64,000 nucleotides of DNA from Candidatus Poribacteria bacterium. GTDB taxonomy: Bacteria > Poribacteria > WGA-4E > WGA-3G. The DNA is taken from contig OZ251998.1 of the NCBI GenBank assembly GCA_965246985.1, forward strand, positions 6,505,657 through 6,569,656, in the 5' to 3' direction. The position numbers and the translations under genes were made by a program. The notes below the pieces were generated by a model. The model was not told the DNA's origin and did not search any database. It saw only the letters and a list, made by a program, of their open reading frames with translations. Numbering within the stretch: position 1 is the first letter of the stretch; every line of letters starts with the position of its first letter. Positions 18,862 through 29,003 of this stretch are shown in pieces.

Positions 18862-19896
18862 ATGAAAATTGTCTGTACCGGCATCAGCTGTTCGGGTCGC
18901 AAAGAGTTGATGGCGAATTTTAAGATACTCTGCATGAAAAGAAAGTTGAGCATCGGATTCTTCAGCGTCGGTGATGTTATGCACCGCGCCGCTGCGGAAG
19001 CCCGTGTCCATTTTACAGACAAAGTTCTGGATTCGGATCCTGCGGTTTTATCTTTAGCGCGACGCACCGCTTTCTATGAAATCGCGCTACGCGCCGAATC
19101 CTATGAACATGCCATCATCGGGTTACACGGCTGCTTTCGATGGCGCGGGAGCCTCATTGAAGGGTTTTCTTTCAAAGATATTGAAATTCTTCTACCCGAC
19201 CTCTTGATTAACGTCGTTGACAATATCGCCGATATATCGGAACGGATGCAAGAAAGTTCACAATGGTCAGGGATGGGTAATGCGACACTCAATGTCTGGT
19301 TGGACGAGGAGGAGTTCCTGACGCGGCAAATCGCAAATCTCACGGAAAAGCCATACTACACTGTCGCAAGGCAACACAATCTTGAGAATTTTTATGAGCT
19401 GCTCTTTTCGTCAAAACCGAAATTTTACCTCAGTTACCCGATTACACTTTTAAGAGATACGCCCAAGGAAATTGAGAAAATCCGAGAGATCGGCGAAAAA
19501 CTGAGCCGTTCCTTTATTGTCTTTGATCCGCTCACAATTAAAGATATGGCACTGGTGACCGCTGGCGGAGAAGGGAGTAGTGGCACAGAGGATATACCTC
19601 CAACTATGAGTGAGATGGGTGAAGACGTGATCCAACAGATTAAGACGCGAACAATCTCCCGGGATTATCAATTCGTCCATCAAAGCGATTTTGTAGTTGT
19701 CATCTATCCTACGGACAAATTATCTCCCGGTGTCCTCAGTGAGATGAACTACGCTTCTCGCCATAACAAACCGGTGTATGCAGTTTACACTGGCACGCGG
19801 AGTATCTTCTTTGAGAACTTGTGTGACCGGATTTTTGACACCTTTGAGGAATTAGCAGACTTTCTGACGACTACGTATAAGGTAGACGAAAGTTGA
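18862..19896 (+). CDS. hypothetical protein; the C-terminal region resembles the SLOG / nucleoside 2-deoxyribosyltransferase-like Rossmann fold
   Basis: Start taken at MKIVCTGISCSGRKE, 8 nt after AAAGGTGG. The C-terminal …FVVVIYPTDKLSPGVLSEMNYASRHNKPVYAVYTG… resembles LOG/SLOG-family motifs. The N-terminal domain is unassigned. Confidence 0.35.
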   Translation: MKIVCTGISCSGRKELMANFKILCMKRKLSIGFFSVGDVMHRAAAEARVHFTDKVLDSDPAVLSLARRTAFYEIALRAESYEHAIIGLHGCFRWRGSLIEGFSFKDIEILLPDLLINVVDNIADISERMQESSQWSGMGNATLNVWLDEEEFLTRQIANLTEKPYYTVARQHNLENFYELLFSSKPKFYLSYPITLLRDTPKEIEKIREIGEKLSRSFIVFDPLTIKDMALVTAGGEGSSGTEDIPPTMSEMGEDVIQQIKTRTISRDYQFVHQSDFVVVIYPTDKLSPGVLSEMNYASRHNKPVYAVYTGTRSIFFENLCDRIFDTFEELADFLTTTYKVDES

Positions 19897-19966
19897 TACC
19901 CAATTAAGAAGATAATGTTCTAAATTCTGACCGAGTGGTGCGTCGGAGCATCACCCCCCACTATAG

Positions 19967-20518
19967 TTGAAAGGTTTATATCCTATGGTTGATGCGTATT
20001 ACACAACTGACGAATCTCATTATAATGAGTGTATTGAGAAGGGCACTATTGTTCCGACGAAAGATTGGTATGGTAAAAGGTTTTACGTTGAGGATTTTTT
20101 AGCAGGCGATCACAAGTATATTTTTATGTTTGTCAATGATCGCTATAGTATTTTTGACGAGGACGGAAAGGATAACACTTTCGGTTTTGTCTTGAATGCC
20201 GAGTTGTTGGTCACAGAGAGCAATGCCCTTGTAGGACCCGACTTACTAAACGAATATCGCTCTCTGATCAACGAATGCGCAACGTTTTCTGTTCAACAAA
20301 ACCCCGCACTAAAAAATGTCCAATTGATTGTTCGAGGCGTGCTAGCCGGTGCTGTCACCGAGCCGGGGGTTGCTGAGACGATGCTGCTTTTCAGAACACG
20401 TGTATCTGAACTTCAAAACGAACGCCGCTGTCAAGGAGAGGTGGCACTGAAACGTTTGCGAGAATCAACGGAGCCGTTGGAGCTGCTTGTCGGTGGGTCT
20501 TCACCGTCACCGAGATAG
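19967..20518 (+). CDS. hypothetical protein (183 aa)
   Basis: Clean ORF between two same-strand genes with no recognisable motifs. Sits immediately upstream of the RimK-like ligase. Confidence 0.35.
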   Translation: MKGLYPMVDAYYTTDESHYNECIEKGTIVPTKDWYGKRFYVEDFLAGDHKYIFMFVNDRYSIFDEDGKDNTFGFVLNAELLVTESNALVGPDLLNEYRSLINECATFSVQQNPALKNVQLIVRGVLAGAVTEPGVAETMLLFRTRVSELQNERRCQGEVALKRLRESTEPLELLVGGSSPSPR

Positions 20519-20553
20519 GATAGTGCCTTGATGCTATGTCCCGACACAATACT

Positions 20554-21435
20554 ATGAAAATCGGTATCCTCTCTCGGGGACCTCAAAACCACTCTACACG
20601 CAGCCTCACCGAAGCTGCCCTCAATGCCGGACACACCGCAGAAATTTTAGACCCTTTCGGTTTTTATCTCTATGTCGGTGGCACCCGGAACCGCATCACA
20701 TATCACGGAAAACCAGTAGGGGATTTTGATGTTATCATGCCACGTCTCAGTCGCACGACAGCGCAATACGGCGAAGAGGTCGTAGCACACTTTGAATGGA
20801 TCGGCACCCCTGTAATCAATCGCGCAAAACCGATCGCTGCAGCACGGCACAAATTCCACTCCCTACGTATCCTCGCACAGCACGACTTACCCATCCCACC
20901 GAGTCTCACTGTCGGTTCCGCTGCATTTTTAGAGGACACCGTAGCCGAAATGGGAGATTATCCGTTTATTTTAAAACCGTTTTACGGAACACACGGTAGA
21001 GGTATTATGTTGTTAGATACACCGACATCGCTCACGTCGGCAGTGGGCGCGTTGTGTGATCTCCATCACGATTATGTGATTCAGTCTTTCGTTACGGAAG
21101 CAGACGGGGTTGACATCCGTGTCCTCGTCGTAGGCGGTGAAGCAGTCGCGGCGATGAAAAGAAGCGCACCGCCGGGAGAATTCCGTGCGAATATTCACAA
21201 AGGCGCGTCAGGAAAAGCCTTCATGCTACCGGATGAATACAACCGCCTCGCTATAAAAGCCGCAGCTGCGCTCGAATTAGAAATAGCCGGTGTCGATTTA
21301 CTTGAAACGAACGACGGACCTGTTGTTCTGGAGGTCAATCCGTCTCCCGGTTTTGAGGAGCTGGAATCGGTCACTGGACTTGATATTGCAGATGCGATTA
21401 TCGAATTTGCAACGACGTTTGCACAAAACCGTTGA
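20554..21435 (+). CDS. RimK-family ATP-grasp ligase (alpha-L-glutamate ligase-like)
   Basis: MKIGILSR… pre-ATP-grasp domain. ATP-grasp motifs (…FILKPFYGTHGRGIML…, …DIRVLVVGGEAVAAMKR…, …GVDLLETNDGPVVLEVNPSPG…). Confidence 0.8.
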   Translation: MKIGILSRGPQNHSTRSLTEAALNAGHTAEILDPFGFYLYVGGTRNRITYHGKPVGDFDVIMPRLSRTTAQYGEEVVAHFEWIGTPVINRAKPIAAARHKFHSLRILAQHDLPIPPSLTVGSAAFLEDTVAEMGDYPFILKPFYGTHGRGIMLLDTPTSLTSAVGALCDLHHDYVIQSFVTEADGVDIRVLVVGGEAVAAMKRSAPPGEFRANIHKGASGKAFMLPDEYNRLAIKAAAALELEIAGVDLLETNDGPVVLEVNPSPGFEELESVTGLDIADAIIEFATTFAQNR

Positions 21436-21590
21436 TGCACGCGAATCCTTTTTAAATGATCGGTTTTCGCGCTGCCCTCTATTACATTTCGGGCAGGTTT
21501 CTGGTTTATTCGGTTTCCTTAATCAAAAACCATCGTGAAACGTAGTGGAACGATGTACAACGGCCGATCATTAGAAAAACGGTTGTATGT

Positions 21591-22808
21591 ATGGATGATA
21601 CCCCGAAAAAAATATTAATGTTCAATCACGAATTTCCACCGATCGGTGGCGGTGGCGGCTGGGTCAGCTACTTTTTAGGCAAACACTTCGCGGCGGCAGG
21701 ACACGATGTGCACCTGATTACTTCGCAATTTCGCGATTGCCCGAAAGACGAGAAGGTGGAAGGCTTTCACGTGCATCGCGTACGTGCACTTCGGAAAAAT
21801 CCTGATGTATGTGCCGTACACGAAATGCTGACTTACGCGGTAAGCTCAAGTCTCTATGGATTGCGGTTCGCTAAACAGTTTCAACCCGATATCGTCCAAG
21901 TCTTTTTCGGTATTCCTGCCGGTGGCGGCGCATATCTTCTGCAAAAACGTCGCAACGTGCCGTATGTCGTATTTCTGGGGGGACGGGACGTACCGAGCCG
22001 CAACCCGGATCCGCCGTATTATCGGTGGTTATATCTGCTCCTAAAACCGGCCATCCGAGCGATTTGGCGCAACGCGTCAGTCGTTGTCGCTTGCAGCGAA
22101 GGCTTACGCGAACTTGCACAGGAAACGGATACGGATGTGAAAATGGATGTGATTCCTGACGGTTTAGACTTAGCGCGTTTTAAGCCGAGGTCCCCACCCG
22201 TTACTGCGGAGCGGGAACAACGCAATGCCTGTCCAAAAAAAGTCCAGATTCTCACAATCGGGCGGCTCATTCCACGCAAAGGGTTCCAATTTCTAATTCG
22301 CGCGCTGCCTCAGATTATTGAAAAAGCAGCACACAACTTTGAAATTGAAATTGTCGGCGATGGACCCTATCACGGAGAACTCCTGAAATTGGCGGAAAAA
22401 CTCGGCGTAGCCGTACACATCCACTTTGCGGGTTCAGTACCGTATTCGGAATTGCCACAAAAATACCAAGATGCGGATATCTTCATTTTACCCTCACTCG
22501 CGGAGGGGATGCCACTCGTCGTTTTAGAAGCGATGGGGACAGGACTCCCGATTGTTGCCAGCCGCGTTCAAGGCATTGATGAACTTGTCGTAGATGGCGT
22601 TAACGGCGCGCTGTTCGATCCGGGAGATGTTGACGGGCTTGCGAGCTCTCTTATCAAACTAATTAACGCCGGTGAAGGCCGCGTTGAGATGGGCAAGGCG
22701 AGCATTGAACGTGTTGAACCGTACGATTGGAAAAACATAGCCGACGCTTATTTAGCCCTCTATGCTGATATTCTGTCTAAAGGAGAAAATACACATGCTC
22801 CCAACTAA
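21591..22808 (+). CDS. family 4 glycosyltransferase (GT-B)
   Basis: …FPPIGGGGGWV… at the N-terminus. A C-terminal …EGMPLVVLEAMGTGLPIVASRV… E-x7-E-like motif typical of GT4. Confidence 0.8.
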   Translation: MDDTPKKILMFNHEFPPIGGGGGWVSYFLGKHFAAAGHDVHLITSQFRDCPKDEKVEGFHVHRVRALRKNPDVCAVHEMLTYAVSSSLYGLRFAKQFQPDIVQVFFGIPAGGGAYLLQKRRNVPYVVFLGGRDVPSRNPDPPYYRWLYLLLKPAIRAIWRNASVVVACSEGLRELAQETDTDVKMDVIPDGLDLARFKPRSPPVTAEREQRNACPKKVQILTIGRLIPRKGFQFLIRALPQIIEKAAHNFEIEIVGDGPYHGELLKLAEKLGVAVHIHFAGSVPYSELPQKYQDADIFILPSLAEGMPLVVLEAMGTGLPIVASRVQGIDELVVDGVNGALFDPGDVDGLASSLIKLINAGEGRVEMGKASIERVEPYDWKNIADAYLALYADILSKGENTHAPN

Positions 22809-24249
22809 AATTCTTGCTATCGGTGCGGGTGGTTTACAACGCGCCTTAACCCATGAATTTGTCCATATCCTCAACGAACGGAATCTCTATAACGGCGGTA
22901 TCTTCGTCGGACAGCCACGTGGCACTGAGAAAGCCGATGCCTTTAACCAACAAAACGGAATATATCATGTCGTCACGTTTGACCTAAGTGGTATCCACGA
23001 TATCCGACAGGTTTCGAGCGTTGTCGGTGCGACTACGCTCGCTACAGAAGCCGGTCGTGAGCAGTTCTATGCCCAAGCCGAAAATCCGCTTGACCTTATC
23101 CTTATCGGTGTAACCGAAGCTGGGATCGCTAAGGGTGAACTGGCGATGGATGTGCTGGATGAGACCCTCTACCGCTATTTTTGCCACCACGGTACAGACG
23201 CGACACTCTGTGTCATCAATACAGATAACCTCCGAAATAATGGCGATGTTATTCGCGATATTCTTTGCAACGAATATCCAAGACGGAGCGATGATTACGC
23301 GAAGTGGTTGGAGACAAATGTCGGCTTTCTTAACGAAATGGGCGACCGACTCGTACCACAAGTCTATGCCGTTCCTGATGAAATTCAGGCATCCGCACGC
23401 GCACAAATTGAGCATTCTGATGAATTAATAACATACGCGGAGACACTATCTGCAACACCGCTTATTCTGGAAGATTTAGACGACATGCTACGCGTCCCGT
23501 TCGGTGAACTTCAGGACTCCGGCGTTATTGTTAGTCAGGAGAGTATTGAATCGTATCACGACTGGAAACTCCTTTTGGTGAATTCTGTTCATGTACCGGG
23601 GATTACGCACAAAGGGGCACTCTCCGGCATCGAATATGTCAACGAAGCAGCGTCACACCCAACATTCGCACCACATCTGGAACGTCTGATGAACGGATAT
23701 GCCGAGATTGTAGAAGCGGACATCCCGATAACGGGTAAAAGTGCAAGAGAATACACACTGGAATTCGTTAATCGCATTCGTCGAGTCAAAGACGACAATG
23801 CTCGGATTAACATCATTGAAACCGTGAAACTCCGCGAACGTGCCGCTGATATCGTCCGCTCACCGAACTATAATGCCAGCACAGAGCTCTTCAAATCCGA
23901 TTTCGCCTATTCCTTCGCAACGGTGCTCCGATTTCTAACACCACACGCAATCTCGTCTCTTGATGACTACAAGAGTATCACCGATACCGGTACAGCGTAT
24001 GAAATCCGAGACCCTGACCGGACGATACAGGACATTCTGAGGGGGGCATTTGGCGCGAGCCGAACAGACCTGGAAGAACGGATTGAGACTATTTTCTCAA
24101 ATGCAGCACTGTGGTCTCCAGCTGGGGCAACATCACCAAGCGGTTTGAATAAGAACCAAGACTTTATGGAACGGATTGTCCAATATTATCATCGGTTGGT
24201 TAACGGAGAGACGTGTCTTGCGGTTTTGGAGGGTATCTCCACAAAGTAG
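22795..24249 (+). CDS. mannitol dehydrogenase-family oxidoreductase (UxaB/UxuB/MtlD-like)
   Basis: N-terminal Rossmann KILAIGAGGLQRALTHEF is consistent with the mannitol-dehydrogenase family. Start ATG at 22795, preceded by AAAGGAGAAAAT. Overlaps the glycosyltransferase stop by 14 nt. Exact substrate unknown. Confidence 0.5.
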   Translation: MLPTKILAIGAGGLQRALTHEFVHILNERNLYNGGIFVGQPRGTEKADAFNQQNGIYHVVTFDLSGIHDIRQVSSVVGATTLATEAGREQFYAQAENPLDLILIGVTEAGIAKGELAMDVLDETLYRYFCHHGTDATLCVINTDNLRNNGDVIRDILCNEYPRRSDDYAKWLETNVGFLNEMGDRLVPQVYAVPDEIQASARAQIEHSDELITYAETLSATPLILEDLDDMLRVPFGELQDSGVIVSQESIESYHDWKLLLVNSVHVPGITHKGALSGIEYVNEAASHPTFAPHLERLMNGYAEIVEADIPITGKSAREYTLEFVNRIRRVKDDNARINIIETVKLRERAADIVRSPNYNASTELFKSDFAYSFATVLRFLTPHAISSLDDYKSITDTGTAYEIRDPDRTIQDILRGAFGASRTDLEERIETIFSNAALWSPAGATSPSGLNKNQDFMERIVQYYHRLVNGETCLAVLEGISTK

Positions 24250-25492
24250 AAGGGGAAGGATGGCGGTATGTGTTATCAGAATCACAGAAAGCGCGGTGGG
24301 TGACATCCATGCAGCACGTATTGCCGGGTAAACACCAAAAATGACCCCCATGAAAATAGAAAAGATGACAGATATAACCTATACTCCGCACTTCTAATTT
24401 CGGATTTTTGGTATTTATTTTTTAAACCCACGTGGTTCCAACGTTCAACAAGCAATTTCAGGTGAATCAGAGAAGATATACGTGCGAAATGAAATCTTAT
24501 TTACCATCTCTAAATTTTATTATACTGTTTGGATCCTTTCGTGACGTGGGTTTGTCTAAAAATACCAAAATGTGTCAAAACAAGTGCGGAGTGTAGGATA
24601 TAAGTATCCACTGCACGGATAATACCACAGGTCACTCCTCCACAATCGGAACAATACGAACTGCGATGCGTGCCATGCCGTGGGCGAAGAGCCAGCCCCC
24701 GGCAATACCGAGTCTGTGTCTTTTGCGGAGTACCTCCTTGGCAGAGTTAATGACAGTATAGACATCTGTGCCTTTTTGAAAAAAGACGATGAGTCTTTCA
24801 ACATAACGTTCTGAAGATATACGCTGTTGACGTGTTGTCAATGGAACAAAAATGATGTCATCCATTGACATGCCACGGCTGAGGCTTTCGCCTCTGGGCA
24901 CCATGATACCAACCACGCGGCACCTAACCCACCTTCTGCGCCTGAGGCGGATTTTCACCTCTTGTCCAAGTGGCGGAGTATTTCTGAATAACTCTGTAGC
25001 GGCGTTGACACTAAGGACACAAACCTGCTTTGCGTTGTCAACATCGTCTTCAGAAAGGAATCGCCCGTGTTGCACTTCCCATCCCATAATGTGGGCGTAG
25101 TCTGCTGTCACACCTTCAATAGTCGAACGTATTTGGACACCTTGGTTAGATGTAACCCATCTCGGATACTTTCGATTTTGTGGCAAGACATAGAGCACAT
25201 CGGGGCATTCTGCTTCAATGGCACGTGCATCAGCGAGAGAGTATCGCTCGGTTGTCCGCTTCTTCGGCTTTCCCCGTGGATACGTATAAGGGCGGACCCA
25301 GAATCGCACGTGGTTGGGGCCGCCAAGTTTTTCAATGTCGTCGGCTATAATTTTTTGGGTGCCGTCGCCAATGGCCATCATGCAGAGAACACTCGCGACC
25401 CCAATAAGGATACCGAGGATGGATAATCCAGAGCGGAGTCGGTTTTGCTGAAGGTGCGCAATGCCAGAGGTTATCGCATCATAGCACTTCAT
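24250..25492 (-). pseudogene. FtsX/MacB-type ABC permease, cassette copy 1, disrupted by an in-frame deletion and a MITE insertion
   Basis: The N-terminal 255 aa are nearly identical to the intact paralog at 36660-37922. Then an in-frame 258-bp deletion joins …RKRHR to LGIAGGW…. The extreme C-terminus (…GVIFGVYPAIRAAWMSP) lies at about 24290-24350, separated from the body by a 230-bp MITE. Confidence 0.65.
24372..24602. mobile_element. MITE with about 60-bp terminal inverted repeats inserted in permease copy 1
   Basis: Left end is atataacctatactccgcacttctaatttcggatttttggtatttattttttaaacccacgtggt. Right end in reverse complement is atatcctacactccgcacttgttttgacacattttggtatttttagacaaacccacgtcac. 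The interior is AT-rich and non-coding. Confidence 0.6.
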
Positions 25493-27551
25493 GGTATAAA
25501 TAAGGTTTCATGTCCCAAAGCAGAACGGTACCATCATAACTACCACTTGCCAGAAGTTCGCCATCCGGTGTAAAAGCTAAATCCTGTACATCCGTTGTAT
25601 GTCCCCAGAAAGTGTGTATATTTTCACCCGTTGCGACCTCCCATATCCTTATGGACACTCTGTCCACCCCCCTTATCCACCACGCCCCAGAGACGAGGTA
25701 TTTTCCGCAGGGTGAAAATGTAAGCGCAAACGGTTTGCGACAGGTTTCAGGTAGCAGGATAAGCATGCGCGTTTCCAAGGTTGTTGCATCCCGCAACCGA
25801 ATATGATCATATATCCCACAAGCGATTGTCGTGCCACAGGGCGAGAAAGCGAGTTTGTAAGGGTTACACTTATAGCGTCTCCCTATTTTTCTATTTTTTT
25901 CGATATATTGGTGTATCTGATCTGGATCCCCTCTATAGAGGGACCTATCTTCTGGTAGTTCTGTAGGGAACAATCCGATCTGTTCACCACTGACTATATC
26001 CCAGAGTCTTACTGTGCGATCTTTGGCGACGGTTGCGAGGTGTTTACCGCTTGGATGGAAAGCGACTGTTAGAATATAATTTGTATGTCCTGTAAGCATA
26101 TTGACTTTCTTCCCAGACTGTGTGTCCCATACACCAATGTCTCCTGTACCGCCTGTAGGTGCTGTACCAATGAGATGTTCACTCGTAGGTGAAAAACACA
26201 TTGCAGCGTCAAATCCTTTACTGTCTGAGAGTTTTATAATGAGGGTTTCAGACGCAATATCCCAGATTTCAATTGAACCCCTCGGAAGTTTGCAAAGTGC
26301 CAGTCGTTCTCCACAAGTAGACAATGTGCTGACTCGGAATAACTGCTGTCTTTCTTCCGTTGTGAGATTTTTAGTTTGAGTCGTGTATTGTGCCTGCATC
26401 CGCTGCGTTGGGAAAACCTGTTCTGTTTGTCTCTGTGCCACATTCCAGCATACGAGCTGCGCACCAAACATTTCCCGACTTGTTAATGTCTTACCGTTTG
26501 TAAAAAAAGCAACTGAATGTACAACAGGTTGATGATCAGCGGCATTTGAAACTTTCGTTGACAGTGGCCCGACTGTCCATACACAGAGCTCGCTATGCGA
26601 CAGGATGGTCGCGATGTGTGCTCCATCGGTTGAAAAGTGATCATGCCTGCGGTTCTGACATTCAAAGGTATCTATTTTCTCTTTTCGGATAGCATCCCAA
26701 ATCACAACTTGATGATCGTAAATATCGGCAACGCGCAGTGTGCTATCAGGTGTATAGGCAGGGATTAACCTTCTCCCATCATAAATCGTGGGTTCCGTTT
26801 CCAAAGTGCCGTTGTAAACATTCCACACCAACACCTCAGTATTCTGATTGACAGCAGCAAGATATTGCCCACAAGGCGAAAAGATGAGACTACGGTACGC
26901 CAAGGGTGCTGAGCAGTGAAGGTCCGCAATGTGTTCACTTGTTTCTATATCGGAAATCGTGAGCGTGTGACGCGGGGTTCCAGCGGACACATATCCGAGT
27001 AAGTTCCCTATCGGAGAGAAACAAATTGGAAAGTGGTGTCCCCTCTCTTCTTCTGCTACGTCAATCGGAAAGTTTGTGATGGGTGCGTTCGTGTCTTTTT
27101 GCCAAGCGTAGACAACATTTTGCTTGTCAAAACAAGAGGCAGCTAAGTATTGGTTGTCTTGAGAAAAGCAGAGCTGCGAAAAACATCCTAACATTGCTTT
27201 TACATTCTTGCGATGGTCTATCTTTGCGAGGCACTGCAGACTTTGTGTATCCCATACCTTCACAACACCATCAAGATTGCTAGTGACAATCAACTGCGTG
27301 TCGTGTGAAAAGGCAATGGTATTAAGCATCCCGCGTTCTGTTTCAAATAAGGCAAGCGGTTTCAACGACAACCTATCATATAACCAACAGCCGATCGGCG
27401 TTGCTACAGCCAGATATTTACCATCAACCGAAAAGGACATATCCGACACGCGCCCCCTTGCTAATCTGCCGATCGCACCTTCAGGCAGGTGCCAGGTTGT
27501 CACATCCGTATCAACAGCACTTCGCATCAAATTAGACTTTTCTGATTGCAA
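25479..27551 (-). CDS. cytoplasmic WD40 beta-propeller protein, cassette copy 1 (690 aa)
   Basis: No signal peptide. N-terminal W-x-LPEGA-x-GRLARG module, then at least 12 WD repeats, ending …ASGSYDGTVLLWDMKPYLYHEVL. The stop overlaps the start of the permease. Confidence 0.8.
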   Translation of the reverse strand: MQSEKSNLMRSAVDTDVTTWHLPEGAIGRLARGRVSDMSFSVDGKYLAVATPIGCWLYDRLSLKPLALFETERGMLNTIAFSHDTQLIVTSNLDGVVKVWDTQSLQCLAKIDHRKNVKAMLGCFSQLCFSQDNQYLAASCFDKQNVVYAWQKDTNAPITNFPIDVAEEERGHHFPICFSPIGNLLGYVSAGTPRHTLTISDIETSEHIADLHCSAPLAYRSLIFSPCGQYLAAVNQNTEVLVWNVYNGTLETEPTIYDGRRLIPAYTPDSTLRVADIYDHQVVIWDAIRKEKIDTFECQNRRHDHFSTDGAHIATILSHSELCVWTVGPLSTKVSNAADHQPVVHSVAFFTNGKTLTSREMFGAQLVCWNVAQRQTEQVFPTQRMQAQYTTQTKNLTTEERQQLFRVSTLSTCGERLALCKLPRGSIEIWDIASETLIIKLSDSKGFDAAMCFSPTSEHLIGTAPTGGTGDIGVWDTQSGKKVNMLTGHTNYILTVAFHPSGKHLATVAKDRTVRLWDIVSGEQIGLFPTELPEDRSLYRGDPDQIHQYIEKNRKIGRRYKCNPYKLAFSPCGTTIACGIYDHIRLRDATTLETRMLILLPETCRKPFALTFSPCGKYLVSGAWWIRGVDRVSIRIWEVATGENIHTFWGHTTDVQDLAFTPDGELLASGSYDGTVLLWDMKPYLYHEVL

Positions 27552-27832
27552 AAAAATAGACCTCTAAGGATTGTGTGCACAGTAGGGTTGTAATTTGGGT
27601 TGTCTGAAACGTGCAGCACACATCGTAGTTTGCTCACACATTGTAGTTTGCTCACACATTTCAGACAATCCAGACATAAACATTTTGTGTTTAAAACAGT
27701 ATGATAACCTCTGATGAACCAAATGTTTCTACATTTCATCTAGGTTATTTGGTGCACTATCGGTTGTGACAATTGCCTTGACTATCAGCACCGTCACAAG
27801 TTACTGAACCATCGGGTACATTATTATTACAA

Positions 27833-28136
27833 TAGACATTATAATGGTTTAATTGTGTGTTTGTTCATCCATTTTTTTGGTAAAATCGCGGAGACCTACT
27901 CCTAAACGACAACCGTTAGGAGACCTCTCTTTGATAAAGGTTCTACGCGTCGCGCGAACTTTTAGTTTCCGCGGTATACGCCACAAACTAAAAGTTTGTG
28001 CTACAAGGTACGTCTTTGATAGACGAGAGACGAGAAACCTTTAGGGCGGACGAGAAGTCTCAACTGAACTGACGTTTATACCGATACCCCTAAAAGTTAA
28101 TTTACACAACATGTTCTTAAATCGTTATAACGTCTA
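27833..28136. mobile_element. MITE (family with TAGACATTATAA terminal inverted repeats) flanked by two degraded copies of the Cys-rich gene
   Basis: Ends are tagacattataatggtttaattgtgt… and …gttcttaaatcgttataacgtcta. The about-45-bp ends match the 35228-35419 element and the interior differs. One side (27752-27829, minus strand) reads …YCNNNVPDGSVTCDGADSQGNCHNR*, a Cys-rich tail fused directly to the 5' leader. The other side abuts the stop codon of copy B. Confidence 0.5.
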
Positions 28137-28529
28137 ATATGTATCACCTTTCTCATGACAAGGATTTTCAGTTCCTGTACCACAGCTGCTATCACTACAA
28201 CCACTGCCACAGCTATATGAGCCAGTCGAATTGTTACAGTTAGAATCTGCGACACAATCACAAGACGCGTCTGTTTGATCATCATTGTCTAAGCAGCTGC
28301 AACTATAAAAGTTAGATACTTGATCGGTGCTGCCACAACAGCCGCCTGTAGTTGCAGCGACTAAAGTTGCATCGCCGCCACCACAGCATCCTTTCGCTGC
28401 TTCAGACTCTGAGGTGTCCCAACTGCCTGTCAGGAAGAAAATACAACTACCAATTAAATCATACCAGCGGATGTTGTTTTTGTCAATTTTTTTAAGAGAA
28501 ATTAAAGTGTTTTCTTCGGAAACTTTACA
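28134..28529 (-). pseudogene. Cys/Gly-rich small secreted protein, cassette copy 1, lacking a start codon and part of the signal sequence
   Basis: Frame open from an upstream TGA: …KKIDKNNIRWYDLIGSCIFFLTGSWDTSESEAAKGCCGGGDATLVAATTGGCCGSTDQVSNFYSCSCLDNDDQTDASCDCVADSNCNNSTGSYSCGSGCSDSSCGTGTENPCHEKGDTY*. It has no in-frame ATG/GTG/TTG. Compare the intact paralogs at 34769-35227 and 40133-40621. Confidence 0.5.
28458..28486 (-). promoter_or_regulatory. near-consensus sigma-70-type promoter (TTGACA-17-TATGAT)
   Basis: The minus strand reads TTGACAaaaacaacatccgctggTATGAT. It lies within a block that recurs at 36240-36305. Confidence 0.4.
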
Positions 28530-28658
28530 TCATTGAGGCGCAAGGAGCCGGGAGAGCAAGTTTGGTGTAAGGGTTGGGTGACCCAACCCCTACGAGATCA
28601 GAAACTTCATCAAATCGCGCCTAAAAGAAGTAGGTATGGCGCAAAGAACGTAAGTCCG

Positions 28659-29003
28659 CTAATCCACTAAAGAGATAACCCCTTTCTTGCGTTGGAGTAC
28701 GGCATCGTAGAACCGCATCGTGCCAACGCAGTCTTGGATACTTGATACCGGTTCCCGGTTCTCACGAATGGCGTTAACAAACTCGGTGAGACTGATGCCG
28801 TCGCCGGTCAGTTCGCCGTTGCGTTCATCAGAGAAATTAGAGGTAAAGGTATTACCAGATTCGGTGAAATGCTGAGCACCCCACAACCCATCTAAAACAA
28901 TGTATTCGTGTTGTCCAGTAATTTCGATGTAATCGTAGTTACGCCGCCACAACCGTTGGCTGCTGAGTTGCCTGCTGTAATGCCAAGCAATGTTAGCCCC
29001 CAT
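28659..29003 (-). pseudogene. ectopic duplicated 3' fragment of the Gfo/Idh/MocA oxidoreductase gene (43256-43560)
   Basis: The 114-aa ORF is nearly identical to the last roughly 100 aa of the 43256-44203 protein (…SQRLWQRNYDYIEITGQHEYIVLDGLWGAQHFTESGNTF…LQRKKGVISL). The downstream hairpin gtaagggttgggtgacccaacccctac is copied too (28567-28595 vs 43222-43250). A solo IS630-like end (cttcatcaaatcgcgcc, 28602-28618) abuts it. Confidence 0.7.
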
